A DNA stretch of 64,000 nt from assembly GCA_963760795.1 (NCBI GenBank), contig CAVXEP010000001.1, forward strand, positions 160,001 to 224,000. Reading direction: 5' to 3'. Made by a program: the position numbers and the translations under genes. The notes below the pieces were generated by a model. The model was not told the origin of the DNA. It did no database searches and saw only the letters and a list, made by a program, of their open reading frames with translations. Shown here piece by piece: positions 20,079-31,058 of this stretch (position 1 is the first letter of the stretch; the number at the start of each line of letters is the position of its first letter). The stretch comes from an uncultured delta proteobacterium (GTDB lineage: Bacteria; Desulfobacterota; Binatia; UBA9968).

Positions 20079-21386
20079 CTAACGGATCAGCCGGGCGCGC
20101 GGCAGGGCGAGATAAATGACCGCCATGCTGAGGGCGCCGGTTAGGCTGAGCGCGGCGGTGGCCCACTGGGCACCGATCCACGACGCGAGGGCGCCGATCA
20201 AGATGCCGCCGACGAGCAAAATTACATGGGTCATGTGATAGAGTGCCATGGTGCGGCCGCGAAACTCCTTGGGCGAGTAGGTCTGGATGACAGTTTGCGC
20301 CAGGGCGTGGGAGGTGACATGAACGACGCCGACCAGCCCCATCAGCAGCACCGATAGTTTGAACCAGGGCGAGAGCGCGAAGGCGGCGATGATGATGCCG
20401 TACATAGTCACGCCCCCCAGCATGATATTGATCCGCGGCACGCGGTCGCCGAAGGATGCGATCAGGACTGAGCTGAACAGCGCGCCGATACCCATGGCGC
20501 TGAGCAGCAGTCCTTGCCCGGTGGCGCCGACATGGAGCACGTCGCGGGCGAAGACCGGCAACAGCGTCATGAATGGAATGATGAAGATCGATGCGCAGAT
20601 AACTATCGACAGGCTGGCGCGCACCGCCTCGTTGCGCCAACTGAATTTCCAGCCTTCAATGATGCTCTCGCCGAAGGATTCCTCGTGGCCATGTTTGTCC
20701 CGGGTAATCCTTAGCGGAGTTTGTCCGACGCGCAGTTGCCAGGTCCAGATGGTGGCGAGAAAATAGCAAATGGCTTGCGCCGTATAGGCGCCTCCGGTGC
20801 CGACGAGGGCGATGAGAAAGCCCGCGAACGCGGGGCCGGCGCTGCGTGCAACATTGAAGATAATCGAATTCAACCCGATGGCGTTGGTGATATGTTCTGT
20901 TGGCACAGCGTCGCCGACCATGGCGGCGCGCGACGGCTGCTGGAACGACTGCACGATCGACATGCCGAAGGCTGTGACAAAAACATGCCAGGGCTCGATG
21001 CGCCCTGCGAAAATTAAGATCGCCACGACGACGTAGAGCAGGCCGTCGACGATTTGGGCGATCAAGATCTGATTTTTGCGCGAGTAACGGTCCGCCGCGC
21101 TCCCGGCCAGGGGCGAGAGCAGCAGAATCGGGATCGCTTGGACGCCGCGCACCAGGCCCAGCTGAAGTGTGGAATTGGTCAATTCGTAGAGCAGCCAGCC
21201 ACGCGCGACCTGATCCATCCAGGTGGCCATCGACGCGAAGATCTGGCCAAACCAGATCAACCGGTATTCGCGGTAATGCAGGGCCTCGAAGATGCGCAGA
21301 GCGCCGAGGGAGCCAAGCATACCGCGCGGCTGCGCGGCTTTGACTTCCGCATCGGCCGGCTGTGCCGTGGGCGTTTCGTCGCTCAT
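20079..21386 (-). CDS. MFS transporter (MFS_3/EntS-like)
   Basis: About 12 TM segments; GSAADRYSRK; FRGRTMALY. Confidence 0.92.
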   Translation of the reverse strand: MSDETPTAQPADAEVKAAQPRGMLGSLGALRIFEALHYREYRLIWFGQIFASMATWMDQVARGWLLYELTNSTLQLGLVRGVQAIPILLLSPLAGSAADRYSRKNQILIAQIVDGLLYVVVAILIFAGRIEPWHVFVTAFGMSIVQSFQQPSRAAMVGDAVPTEHITNAIGLNSIIFNVARSAGPAFAGFLIALVGTGGAYTAQAICYFLATIWTWQLRVGQTPLRITRDKHGHEESFGESIIEGWKFSWRNEAVRASLSIVICASIFIIPFMTLLPVFARDVLHVGATGQGLLLSAMGIGALFSSVLIASFGDRVPRINIMLGGVTMYGIIIAAFALSPWFKLSVLLMGLVGVVHVTSHALAQTVIQTYSPKEFRGRTMALYHMTHVILLVGGILIGALASWIGAQWATAALSLTGALSMAVIYLALPRARLIR

Positions 21387-21492
21387 GCCGACAGTCTCAA
21401 TCCGGCTAAATTGACGCTAGACTGCCGCCTTGTAGCGGTGTTGAGCACGCAGCGCTTCATGCGCCGCACCATCGATGGCCGATTGTCGACAT

Positions 21493-23175
21493 CTACGCCC
21501 GAGTCAGTTGGCGATACTTGATGCGGTGCGGCCGTTCGGCGGCGTCGCCCATGCGCGCTTTGCGATCGGCTTCGTAGTCGGAATAATTGCCGTCGAACCA
21601 GGTCACTTTGCTGTCGCCTTCGAAGGCGAGGATGTGGGTGGCGATGCGGTCGAGAAACCAGCGGTCATGGGAGATCACCACGGCGCAGCCGGCGAAATTT
21701 TCCAGCGCTTCTTCAAGGGCGCGCAGGGTATTGACGTCCAGGTCGTTGGTCGGTTCGTCGAGCAGGATGACGTTGGCGCCTTCCTTCAACATTTTCGCCA
21801 AATGCACCCGGTTGCGTTCGCCGCCGGAGAGCGAGCCGACTTTTTTCTGCTGGTCGGTGCCGGAGAAGTTGAAGCGCGCCACATAGGCGCGCGAGTTGAC
21901 CTCGCGGTTGCCGATCTTCAGCAAATCGGCGCCACCGGAAATCTCTTCCCAGATGTTTTTATTCGGATCGAGAGTGCGGCTTTGATCGACATAGGCCAGC
22001 GCGACGGTGTCGCCAATGCGGATTTTGCCGCTGTCGGGTTTCTCTTGCCCGGTGATCATGCGGAAAAGCGTCGTTTTGCCGGCGCCGTTGGGGCCGATGA
22101 CACCGACGATGCCGCCCGGCGGCAGCTTGAAAGTCATGCCATCGACTAACAGGTTATCGCCGTAGGCTTTGCTGACCTTTTCCGCTTCGATGACGACATT
22201 GCCCAGGCGCGGACCCGGCGGAATCGGGATTTCAAGATCGTCGCGCCGCTTTTGCGACTCCTGATCGAGCAGCGCTTCGTAGGCGGTGATGCGCGCCTTG
22301 CCCTTGGCTTGGCGCGCTTTCGGCGACATGCGAATCCATTCGAGCTCGCGCTGCAGCGTCCTCTGCCGTTCGCTTTCGGATTTTTCCTGTTGGCGCAGCC
22401 GTTCCTGTTTCTGTTCCAGCCATGACGTGTAGTTGCCTTTGAACGGGATGCCCTGGCCGCGGTCGAGCTCGAGGATCCAGCCGGCGACGTTGTCGAGGAA
22501 ATAGCGGTCATGGGTGACCGCGATGATCGTGCCGGGATAATTCTGCAGGTGATGTTCGAGCCAGGCCACCGATTCGGCGTCGAGATGGTTAGTCGGCTCG
22601 TCGAGCAGCAGAATATCCGGCTTCTGCAAAAGCAAGCGGCACATGGCGACACGGCGGCGCTCGCCGCCGGACAAAATTTTCACCGGCGTCTCCGGCGCTG
22701 GACAACGCAGCGCGTCCATCGCCATCTCCAGCCGCGCATCCAAATCCCAGGCGTCGAGATGATCGAGCTTCTCCTGCACCTCGCCCTGGCGTTCGAGCAG
22801 CTTGTTCATGTCGTCGTCGGACATTTCCTCGGCGAACTTGGCGTTGATCGCTTCGAATTCTTTGAGCAGATTGACGGTCTCCTGCACCGCTTCTTCGACT
22901 ACTTGGCGCACCGTGCGCGCGTCGTCGATCAGCGGCTCCTGCTCCAGGAAGCCGACGGTATAGCCCGGCGAGAGCACGGCTTCGCCGTTAAACTCCTTGT
23001 CCACCCCCGCCATGATGCGCAAAAGCGACGACTTGCCCGAGCCGTTGAGACCGATGACGCCGATCTTGGCGCCATAGAAGTAGGAAAGATAAATGTCCTT
23101 CAGCACGGCGCGCTTGTCGTAATTCTTGCCGACGCCGACCATGGAATAGATTATTTTATTGGGTTCAATACTCAT
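21493..23175 (-). CDS. ettA: Energy-dependent translational throttle protein EttA (ABC-F)
   Basis: Two ABC domains; [15 protein letters not shown]; [19 protein letters not shown]; C-terminal HRIKYRQL. Confidence 0.96.
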   Translation of the reverse strand: MSIEPNKIIYSMVGVGKNYDKRAVLKDIYLSYFYGAKIGVIGLNGSGKSSLLRIMAGVDKEFNGEAVLSPGYTVGFLEQEPLIDDARTVRQVVEEAVQETVNLLKEFEAINAKFAEEMSDDDMNKLLERQGEVQEKLDHLDAWDLDARLEMAMDALRCPAPETPVKILSGGERRRVAMCRLLLQKPDILLLDEPTNHLDAESVAWLEHHLQNYPGTIIAVTHDRYFLDNVAGWILELDRGQGIPFKGNYTSWLEQKQERLRQQEKSESERQRTLQRELEWIRMSPKARQAKGKARITAYEALLDQESQKRRDDLEIPIPPGPRLGNVVIEAEKVSKAYGDNLLVDGMTFKLPPGGIVGVIGPNGAGKTTLFRMITGQEKPDSGKIRIGDTVALAYVDQSRTLDPNKNIWEEISGGADLLKIGNREVNSRAYVARFNFSGTDQQKKVGSLSGGERNRVHLAKMLKEGANVILLDEPTNDLDVNTLRALEEALENFAGCAVVISHDRWFLDRIATHILAFEGDSKVTWFDGNYSDYEADRKARMGDAAERPHRIKYRQLTRA

Positions 23176-23293
23176 AATTTGAATTTGTCCTGTATCCTAA
23201 ATAAATTCGTTGGCTGCAAATTAGCAGGACGCCCAGCGGCCTGCGCCGATTGTTTGACTTTCCAAATCACCGCGAATGGGCAATAGCCCCGCT

Positions 23294-24532
23294 TTAAGTG
23301 ACTCCTTCAGGCGCCGCCGCGGAGTTTCTGCTATTACAAGCAATGCGAAGGCCGAAGTAGGTTAATAAAAATGCCGGAGCCAGCCAAAAATAATTGGAGT
23401 CTGTCGTCACGATAAGCTTTCCGGCCAAATAACAAGCGTTAATCCCACCGTATAAAAGCACTATCGCGGATTTGTGCCAGGGCAAACTTTGCCGCGTTAG
23501 GATCGCAAGACCATGAATAACCGCGGGCAGAAGAATGACCAGATCGTATGTCCAGGCGTATGCGCTCAAAGTAAGAGACACTAACAACATCATCGGAGCC
23601 TGCTCGGGCCAATTCCAATGCTCCTTGTGGTTTTGCCAGTGCGACAAAAACCATAACGTTCCTACGAACGGCGGTAGGAACTGAATCGGCATTTGCCCGT
23701 GAGGTAAATAACGGGTTAGCAAGCTGCCGAGGCTCGGAGCCGGCAATTCAAACGGTGTGGACTGTCCAGGGGAGCGGTACATTTCGAGAAACTGCTGATA
23801 TATCCCTGGATCGAAAATCGCTGGTATGGTGGCAACGACTAAACCCGCCACCATCGCTCCGAAAGCCACTCGCCAGCGCCGCTCCTTGCAGATCCAAAGA
23901 ATCAAGCCGAGCCAAAATAGATAGAACAAATGCGGCTTCACTGAAATTATCACTGTTGAAACGCCCGCCAAGAAGAGTTGGTTTTTCCTTTCAAAATGGA
24001 GAAAGCCGACAATTCCCAGGAGGACGAGCGCTGACATCTGGCCGATGATCAAGACCATCCAGGTTGGCAGTAGCGTGAACGCGACAATCCAAGGGCGATA
24101 CGGGTTCGCTGCGGAAAGACCATAAATCGCCCATAGCTTCTGCGCCGACAGCAGTATGAAGAAAACGTTCAATAGCAACCAACAGAATTGACTGAGCCGG
24201 AAGTCCATGGCCCCGAACGGTAGCAGGAAAGAAAGCGTCCATGGCGGATGCCAAATCAACAGGGGCTTGGTTTCGCTCATTCCTGCAGTTCGCTGCAGCT
24301 GTAAGACTTCCGCAGGCGAGAATGGATTGCCACCATCGATCAGCAATCGCGATGACGCCCAAAAACTGACGAAATCCGTCAGGGCAACTGTGTCAGTGGG
24401 CTCGCGGGATTCGCCAAACACCATTGTCTGACCGAGTGTGCAAAAAAGGCAAACAATTACGCAACCCGTTGCGCTGAACCACGATAGCTTTTGGTTATTG
24501 GAGCGTCTTGTCATTTTCTGCGCGGCATCCAT
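23294..24532 (-). CDS. GT87/DUF2029 family membrane glycosyltransferase (GT-C)
   Basis: DFVSFW...GGNPF, WHPPW, GQ, KPHL, WTYDLV motifs; polytopic. Confidence 0.8.
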   Translation of the reverse strand: MDAAQKMTRRSNNQKLSWFSATGCVIVCLFCTLGQTMVFGESREPTDTVALTDFVSFWASSRLLIDGGNPFSPAEVLQLQRTAGMSETKPLLIWHPPWTLSFLLPFGAMDFRLSQFCWLLLNVFFILLSAQKLWAIYGLSAANPYRPWIVAFTLLPTWMVLIIGQMSALVLLGIVGFLHFERKNQLFLAGVSTVIISVKPHLFYLFWLGLILWICKERRWRVAFGAMVAGLVVATIPAIFDPGIYQQFLEMYRSPGQSTPFELPAPSLGSLLTRYLPHGQMPIQFLPPFVGTLWFLSHWQNHKEHWNWPEQAPMMLLVSLTLSAYAWTYDLVILLPAVIHGLAILTRQSLPWHKSAIVLLYGGINACYLAGKLIVTTDSNYFWLAPAFLLTYFGLRIACNSRNSAAAPEGVT

Positions 24533-24726
24533 GACGGTAAAGCGGCGTCGCGCGCTACTGGAAACGCACGCGTCAGTTTAGCCGGCAGATCGGGATGTTT
24601 GGGTCAGCGCGATCACGTGTATGATCGGATTGATGCCGGTCGTTTTCGAATTTACCAAGAGCTTGAGAAAGCCACGGGTCACACCTTTACATCGCAACAA
24701 TCTGGGCCGACCCGCGCCATAACTTA

Positions 24727-25608
24727 TTAGCGCACTGCGGCGAGGACTTCTTCATACACATCCAAGATCTCTTCCTTTTCGAGATGGAGAAAATGTCCCA
24801 CACCCTTAATCGTGCGCATCTCCGCGTGGGCAATCTGCGCAGCTAACGACCGAACATCTTCGGCGTCAATGATGACGTCGTTCTCGCCATGCAAAAGCAT
24901 GGTCTGGCAGCGGACTTTGCTGAGATCGACGACCTCGGTCAAATCGCGTACCGATATGACCGTTAGTCCATGCTGACAAAAAGCCTCTATCGCCTCTTTG
25001 CTCATGCGTTGAAACTGGCCGAGTATTCGACCCTTCATCGCGTCCGGCAGCTCTTGACCAACACCCTGGATCACGGTCTCGGCCACGGTTGATCCGTCTT
25101 TGCTCGGCATGGCCAATCCCTTGGTGATCAACTCGATCATCGCTTTATTCGCCTTCATCCCCATGCTGGCCAAGATCAAACTTTTCAGCCTGTCCGGATG
25201 GCGCGCCGCGTAGGCCAGCGCCACGACACCGCCCCACGACGCCGAACAAATCGTCGGCTGTTCCGCTCCGCTCGTCGCCTTAACCACGGCATCCAATATT
25301 TCGACCTGCTCGTCCAGGGTAACCGTGCCTGATCCCGTAACTATCTCGCTTGTACCCTGATGCGGGAAGTCAAACAAAACGATCCGATAGCTCTGCTCAA
25401 ATCGACGGACGAAACTATGCCACATGGCCATCGATTGCTGGATTCCATTGATAAAAACCAGGGTATCTTCCGCGTCGCCGTACACTCGGTAAGGGATCAC
25501 AAAGCGCTGAACTTGCAGTTTTCCTTTGTTTAGCGGCGTCACTGCTTTGCTCGTGACCTTGCTGCCGCCGGTCACCCTGCGCGCCTTAGGATGCTTTGCT
25601 AGATTCAT
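24727..25608 (-). CDS. Alpha/beta hydrolase resembling RhlA/PhaG
   Basis: ING, VLFDFP, EQVEIL, SASWGG nucleophile elbow, GHFLHLE; start uncertain. Confidence 0.75.
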   Translation of the reverse strand: MNLAKHPKARRVTGGSKVTSKAVTPLNKGKLQVQRFVIPYRVYGDAEDTLVFINGIQQSMAMWHSFVRRFEQSYRIVLFDFPHQGTSEIVTGSGTVTLDEQVEILDAVVKATSGAEQPTICSASWGGVVALAYAARHPDRLKSLILASMGMKANKAMIELITKGLAMPSKDGSTVAETVIQGVGQELPDAMKGRILGQFQRMSKEAIEAFCQHGLTVISVRDLTEVVDLSKVRCQTMLLHGENDVIIDAEDVRSLAAQIAHAEMRTIKGVGHFLHLEKEEILDVYEEVLAAVR

Positions 25609-25906
25609 TTCGGTTTGGTCCTGTTTGGTATATGTCAACTTGCCCGCCGCTGGCAAAAGGTGTCTTGCCTGTATGCACCACTCTGCCGCTTTAGACCTTC
25701 AACCTCTGCCGCTCCGGCGCCGAGCGGCCGCGGATCGACGGCCCGATAATTTAGCGTAACAGAAATATGACCGATAAGACAAATAAGATGATCCTGACCG
25801 GAGTACTTCCTCGACCTCGCAACCTGACATCGCAAACCGCGCACGCCTCGATACGCTCACCGTGACGCCGACAACTAAAAGCTTTTTCTACAATGTCTTC
25901 GGTATT

Positions 25907-26335
25907 TTACCCGCTGACGTAGCGCACGAGTTGCTCGATCAGGAACTGCTGATCGGCGATGATCGACTTCACGATATCGCCGATCGAGATGAGACCGACG
26001 AGTTTGCCGTCTTCGATGACGGGAAGGTGCCGGGTGCGTTTTTCGGTCATCAGGGACATGCATTCTTCAATCGTTTGGTCGAGGTGAATATACATGACCG
26101 GGGTTATCATGATTTCCTTGACCAGCGTGGTTGGAGAAGTGCGGCCCGCGAGTACGACTTTGCGCGCGTATTCGCGCTCTGATATGAGGCCGACGACCTG
26201 CGCGGCTTCCGTGACCACTAGGGCGCCGACTTCCTTTTCGGCCATGCGTCGGAGCGCGTCGAATACCGTGGCATCGGGCGCGACGCACCAAACATCGGTT
26301 CCCTTAACTTTTAGGATGTCTCGGATTGTCTGCAT
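25907..26335 (-). CDS. CBS-domain protein
   Basis: MQTIRDILKVKG..., ISEREYARKV, RHLPV, GLISIGDIVK; RBS GGAGG. Confidence 0.92.
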   Translation of the reverse strand: MQTIRDILKVKGTDVWCVAPDATVFDALRRMAEKEVGALVVTEAAQVVGLISEREYARKVVLAGRTSPTTLVKEIMITPVMYIHLDQTIEECMSLMTEKRTRHLPVIEDGKLVGLISIGDIVKSIIADQQFLIEQLVRYVSG

Positions 26336-26568
26336 GGGCGACCTCCATATCGATGCAGTCGGGACTGGTAAACGACTTATACAACCAAAAGAGCGCGCAC
26401 TTCCATATTTGCCTCCAAAACTAGTTGCCGCTGGTGACGAAAACGGGGATAAAACAATCCGGGTAAAACTAATTGACTCTGTTTCCCGGCCTGGATATGC
26501 TCCCGTTCGGCACTCTAGTTCGGCACGATCAGTCGGCGTAATTTTTTTGCCAGGAGGCGTGAAAGTCA

Positions 26569-26697
26569 ATGAAGATTTCTGCCGAGTTGTTGGCCCTGCT
26601 TTTCATCGTTTTATTGTCGTCGAGCTGCGCAGCGCTTCGTGGTTCCGGAGACTACACTCCTGAGCCAATCAATTGGCACGACTATGCCGATTGCTGA
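26569..26697 (+). CDS. Putative 42-aa small lipoprotein
   Basis: AGGAGG RBS; MKISAELLALLFIVLLSSSC-AALRGSGDYTPEPINWHDYADC; below the ORF-track cutoff. Confidence 0.5.
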   Translation: MKISAELLALLFIVLLSSSCAALRGSGDYTPEPINWHDYADC

Positions 26698-26830
26698 TTC
26701 TGTCAATCGCTAGGCGCCGTTTCCTTCGACAGCCTGGGCTCCGCGTTCATAAACAGGGCGTCATAACCCCCGGCGCAAATTCACAATAGCCAGCCAAGCA
26801 TCACGACGGCGGTGGGCCGGGTTTCGTCGT

Positions 26831-27853
26831 CTACGGCACCAACACGCTCTTCAATTTCAAGACCATCCCAGCGTCGAGCTTGTATAAGCCCGCGACCAGG
26901 CTGTCGATCACTTCACCGCCCACGGGTGTGACGGCGAGGTTGGCTTTGTGCATCTCGGCGAGAAATTCGGGATCCTTCAGCGTGTCGAGAAAGCTTTTGC
27001 GCAGAGTGCGTACCAGGTCTTTGTTGGTGGCGGGTGGTAAGAAGTAGAGGTACTGCAATACCGCTACGTCCTGGACGGCGTATTTTAAGATTTGTTTGGC
27101 TTCATCCGATTTCGCGAAATCGATGGCCAACGGCACGTTGGCCAGCTCGGAATGTTTCTTCGGCGCGACTTGAAGAACCACCGAGACATCGCCACTGTCA
27201 ATCGACTTGCGCCACAGAAGTTTTATTCCTTCCCAGGCCGCGCAGAAGCCCGCGAGCTCGCCGGCATCGGCTGCCAGGCGCACGTCGGCGGCGCCCTTGT
27301 AGCCGTCGATGACGCGGGCGGGAAGCGTCGGCAGCGCTGCCTTCACCGTGCGCGCGATGTCGGATGGGCCGGTGCCGGGGCCGATGCCGCCCAGCTTCAC
27401 CGGCTCCTTGGCGGCGAACCAGCGCTCCATGCTGGTGACGCCGCTCGCCTTGGTCAACGCGCATACCGGGTGAAATTCCGTGGGCACGCCGATGAATTCA
27501 AATTTCCGGCTGTCGAACTCGATGCCGCGGGCGCCCAAGATTTGCTGCAGGATGAAGCTGCCTTGGTTGTTACCGATGGTCAGGCCGTCGGGTTTGGCGC
27601 GTTGAAACATGAAGTTGGCTTGGATGAAGCCGCCGGCACCGGTCATGTTCTCAACGACGATGGTCGGATTGCCCGGCACATGTTTGCCGAAGTGGCGGGC
27701 GATGACGCGGGTGTAAGCGTCAAACGTACCGCCGGGGCTGAAGGCGACGATGAAGCGGATCGTCTTGCCTTTGTAGTAGTCGTGGCTGGAAGTATGAGCC
27801 GCGCCGGCCGGGCCGAGAACGCTGAAAGCGAATCCGAGGAGGATTGGCCGCAA
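26831..27853 (-). CDS. TctC/Bug tripartite tricarboxylate transporter binding protein
   Basis: YYKGKTIRFIVAFSPGGTFDAY, VVENMTGAGG, KPDGLT; start uncertain (TTG within a repeat). Confidence 0.85.
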   Translation of the reverse strand: MRPILLGFAFSVLGPAGAAHTSSHDYYKGKTIRFIVAFSPGGTFDAYTRVIARHFGKHVPGNPTIVVENMTGAGGFIQANFMFQRAKPDGLTIGNNQGSFILQQILGARGIEFDSRKFEFIGVPTEFHPVCALTKASGVTSMERWFAAKEPVKLGGIGPGTGPSDIARTVKAALPTLPARVIDGYKGAADVRLAADAGELAGFCAAWEGIKLLWRKSIDSGDVSVVLQVAPKKHSELANVPLAIDFAKSDEAKQILKYAVQDVAVLQYLYFLPPATNKDLVRTLRKSFLDTLKDPEFLAEMHKANLAVTPVGGEVIDSLVAGLYKLDAGMVLKLKSVLVP

Positions 27854-28052
27854 AGAACGCAAAGGTCGCAAAATAAATATTCGGCAAATCTCCCGCAAAG
27901 CATGTCCTGAGCTACGTCGAAGGGGCGCTAAGGCGCAAAAATGACGGGCGATGCCCGTCATCGTGACCGAAGGCTCGGGATCTAAAAAATATTTTGCCCC
28001 TCGGTCGAAATGATAAAAAATCCGAACATGGCGACTTTGCGCCTTTGCGGGA
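27847..28052. repeat. Composite repeat cluster: CGCAAAGNN 9-mer arrays and hairpin elements
   Basis: GGCCGCAAAGAACGCAAAGGTCGCAAA; GTCCTGAGCTACGTCGAAGG; GTCATCGTGACCGAAGG...CCTCGGTCGAAATGA; CTTTGCGCCTTTGCGGGA. Confidence 0.7.
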
Positions 28053-28148
28053 AAGATATCCGAATCCGTGAGTTTGTGATCCTTAGCAGTTGTGCTCAAA
28101 CCCGAAAAATTTTTAGGCATCGTCGCAAATCCTCGCGATCCGAGAACA

Positions 28149-29957
28149 TCACTTGCCGAGCTTCTTTTCCTCAGCCAGCCATTTGGCGAATACGCGCAGG
28201 GAGACGTTGTTGGAGGCGCCGCCGTCCGGTGGGCCGTTGAAGACGGTGATCTTGACGGTGCGATCGCCGTAGATGCCGGGATGCTGTTCGGGGCCGGGGT
28301 AGTTGAAGCGGTGTGGCGTGGCGCTGGCGATGACATTGGCGGGCACGCGCGCTTTGAGTGTGCGGATGTCGACGAAGGTCGTTGGCACAGCCATGTCGTC
28401 GATGCGGACAATCGAGTTGGAGACAAAGCCGACGCCTTCGACGGTGATCTCGAAGGCCGCAGTGCCCTCGGCGACCGTGTTGGGCGTTATCGCGCTAAGC
28501 TCGGGTGCGGGAGTGCTAGGGATCGCGCCGCCAACTATGACTTGGCCGGTGTAGTGCGGCGTGTAGCCGAGCTCCATGAACCGGCCGCCTTTCATCACCC
28601 GCTCGATCTTTTTGGTGTTCTCGATATTCGCCAGCGGATTGGCCGAGAGAATGACGAGATCGGCGTTGGCGCCCTCGCCGATGTGACCGACCGGTGGTTT
28701 GGTTGGGGTCTTCTTTCTTGCCGTGAGCATTTCGGCGCCCCACAGCGACAGCGACTGCAGCGCCTGCATCGGCGTCAAACCCGCTTCCACCAGCATCGCC
28801 ATTTCCATGTGCACGCTCAAACCGCAGGTGCCAACCGATGGGTCGTCGGTGCCGCCGATGATCTTGCCGCCGAGATCGACCCAGCGCTTGGTGAATTCCT
28901 GGGATAAGCGGAAGGCGTCTTTGAATTCCTGCAAATCTTTCGGTGTGAGATTGGCCAGTGGCACCGGATTCTCATAGCGGTTGGAGAATGTCCGCACGGC
29001 GCGGTATTTCAACAGCAAGCTATCGGCGAGATTGCGCGGATAGTAGGTCATCAGCGCGGCGTTGCGATAGACCTCATAGACGTCGCCTTCATGCTTGCGC
29101 GCCAGGGTGCTCTGGGAACCGAGTTCGTAGACCAGAGTTGGATTTAAATAGGCGCCGCGGCCGATGGACTCTTTGATCATCTGGTCGATGCGCGCTTTGT
29201 CTGTGAGAAACGATCCCCAATGGAGGTACTTGCCGGTCTGAAAGCCATGCAATTCATCTGGAGTCATCAAATGCTGAGCGTAGCCCCAGATATGCTCGAT
29301 GCCGTCGTGGCCGGCGCGGCTCGATGCCGGCGCATCCTCAGTGTGACCGAAAATAAATAGGCCGGCCTCATGCATCAGCTCCGCCGCCCACGCATAGGCT
29401 TGCTTGTTGCGCTCATTGTAGGACGGCAGCACGGCGAAGTCCGGCTTCTTGGCAATCCACTCTTTGAATTGTTCGCGCACTTGTTCGCGCGTCATATTCG
29501 GCGCCAGTGGAAACCGATCGGCGTTGCCGAAGTAGCGCGGCGTTCGCGTCGCGGGCTGCTGAGACGCGCGCACGGCCTCGAGAGTGTTACCGTTGGCGCC
29601 CCAGGGATTGAGTATGAAAATGCTGGTGACGCCGTGATTCAAGTACAGCTCGCCGCAAAAGGGCCGGCTATGGGTGTGGCTGTCGACCAGTCCCGGTATG
29701 ACGAATTTGCCGGCGACATTGATGACGTTTGCGTTGGCGGGATAATTCGTTTCTTTGCCGCCCACCGCGGTGAACTTGCCATCGTCGATGACGATCACCG
29801 ATTCCGGGATCGCTGCCCTGCCGGTGCCGTCGATCAACGTGGCGCCGGTCAATACCGTCGTGCCCGGTGCGCTCTGCTGGGTGAAGCCATCGCGGCGCAG
29901 CAGCGCAATAGCGATCACGGCAACGATGGTGAAAATTACCCTTCGTGCAGGTATCAT
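28149..29957 (-). CDS. Secreted amidohydrolase with C-terminal IPT/TIG-like domain
   Basis: Signal peptide; GKFVIPGLVDSHTH, GGTDD, ADLVILSANPL; ITPNTV...ITVEGVGF. Confidence 0.85.
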   Translation of the reverse strand: MIPARRVIFTIVAVIAIALLRRDGFTQQSAPGTTVLTGATLIDGTGRAAIPESVIVIDDGKFTAVGGKETNYPANANVINVAGKFVIPGLVDSHTHSRPFCGELYLNHGVTSIFILNPWGANGNTLEAVRASQQPATRTPRYFGNADRFPLAPNMTREQVREQFKEWIAKKPDFAVLPSYNERNKQAYAWAAELMHEAGLFIFGHTEDAPASSRAGHDGIEHIWGYAQHLMTPDELHGFQTGKYLHWGSFLTDKARIDQMIKESIGRGAYLNPTLVYELGSQSTLARKHEGDVYEVYRNAALMTYYPRNLADSLLLKYRAVRTFSNRYENPVPLANLTPKDLQEFKDAFRLSQEFTKRWVDLGGKIIGGTDDPSVGTCGLSVHMEMAMLVEAGLTPMQALQSLSLWGAEMLTARKKTPTKPPVGHIGEGANADLVILSANPLANIENTKKIERVMKGGRFMELGYTPHYTGQVIVGGAIPSTPAPELSAITPNTVAEGTAAFEITVEGVGFVSNSIVRIDDMAVPTTFVDIRTLKARVPANVIASATPHRFNYPGPEQHPGIYGDRTVKITVFNGPPDGGASNNVSLRVFAKWLAEEKKLGK

Positions 29958-30080
29958 TTTTGCCTCCTTGCGCTGAACTGCAGAGGGCGGATTTCAATCC
30001 CGCCTCAAAGAATCCCGATGGCTTTTTTTGCGCCCTTTGCGTTCTCTGCGGCCATTCCCCGATTCCGGTTCATCGTCGCA

Positions 30081-31056
30081 TCAATTACACAGCGCCCGCG
30101 CCGCTTCGACGATCCGTTGCGCCATCGGCGTGACATAGTCTTCCAACGGCACGGCGTAGGGCACCGGTACCGGCGGGATCGACACGCGTTTGATCGGCGC
30201 GCGCAGGCTCGTAAAGCCTTCGTCGGCGATGATCGCGGCCAAGCCGGCGGCGACACCGCAATTGTCATGGCTTTCGTCAGTGATGAGCACGCGGCCGGTC
30301 TTTTTCACCGACGCGAGCAGCGCCGGTTTGTCCAAGCGGCTGTAACGTGCGCGGGTCGATGACTTCAGCGGAGATGCCGTCTTTGACAAGCGTTTCCGCC
30401 GCGGCTAAGGCGCGCGGCACTTGGATCGACGTGGCGATGATGGTTACGTCTCGGCCTGCGCGTTTGATATCGGCTTTGCCCAGCGGAATTTCATAAACGC
30501 CGTCTGGCACTGCGCCAACGTCGTCGAGCAGCCGGTCATGGCCGAAGAAGATCGTCGGGTCTTCGCTCTTGGTCAACACCGTGCGCATGAGCCCTTTGGC
30601 GTCGGCGGCGGTCGACGGCATGACGATTTGCAGGCCAGGCGTGTTCCAGTACCACGACTGAGGGCTGCCGGAATGCTGCACGCCGCCGCCGCCGCGGATG
30701 CCGAACTTCATATAAAAAACCACCGGCACATTGGTTTGTCCGCCGGAGTTGGAGTAGGCGATGGCCGCTTCGTTGACGATCTGCGGGATCGCCTCGTAGG
30801 AAAAGGTCGCGGTGCTGATATCGACCACCGGACGCAGACCGGCCATGGCGGCGCCGATGGCGATGCCACAGAAGCCGATCTCGGCGATGGGCGGGAATTT
30901 TATTCGCGCCGCATATTTTTTGCGGAACGCGGCTAACTTTTCGTGGCCGGCTTCGCCGGCGAAGCTCGGGTTAAACAGCACGATACGTTTGTCCTGCTCT
31001 GCCACTTCGTCAATGGCGGCAAGCAGCGCTTCACCGAAAGTCATCTCTTGTGGCAT
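30081..31056 (-). CDS. TPP-dependent 2-oxoacid/acetoin dehydrogenase E1 beta, frameshift near 30335
   Basis: PIAEIGFCGIAIGAAMAGLRPV, QHS, EVIDPRTL/PLDK...KKTGRVLITDE. Confidence 0.88.
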
Positions 31057-31058
31057 GG

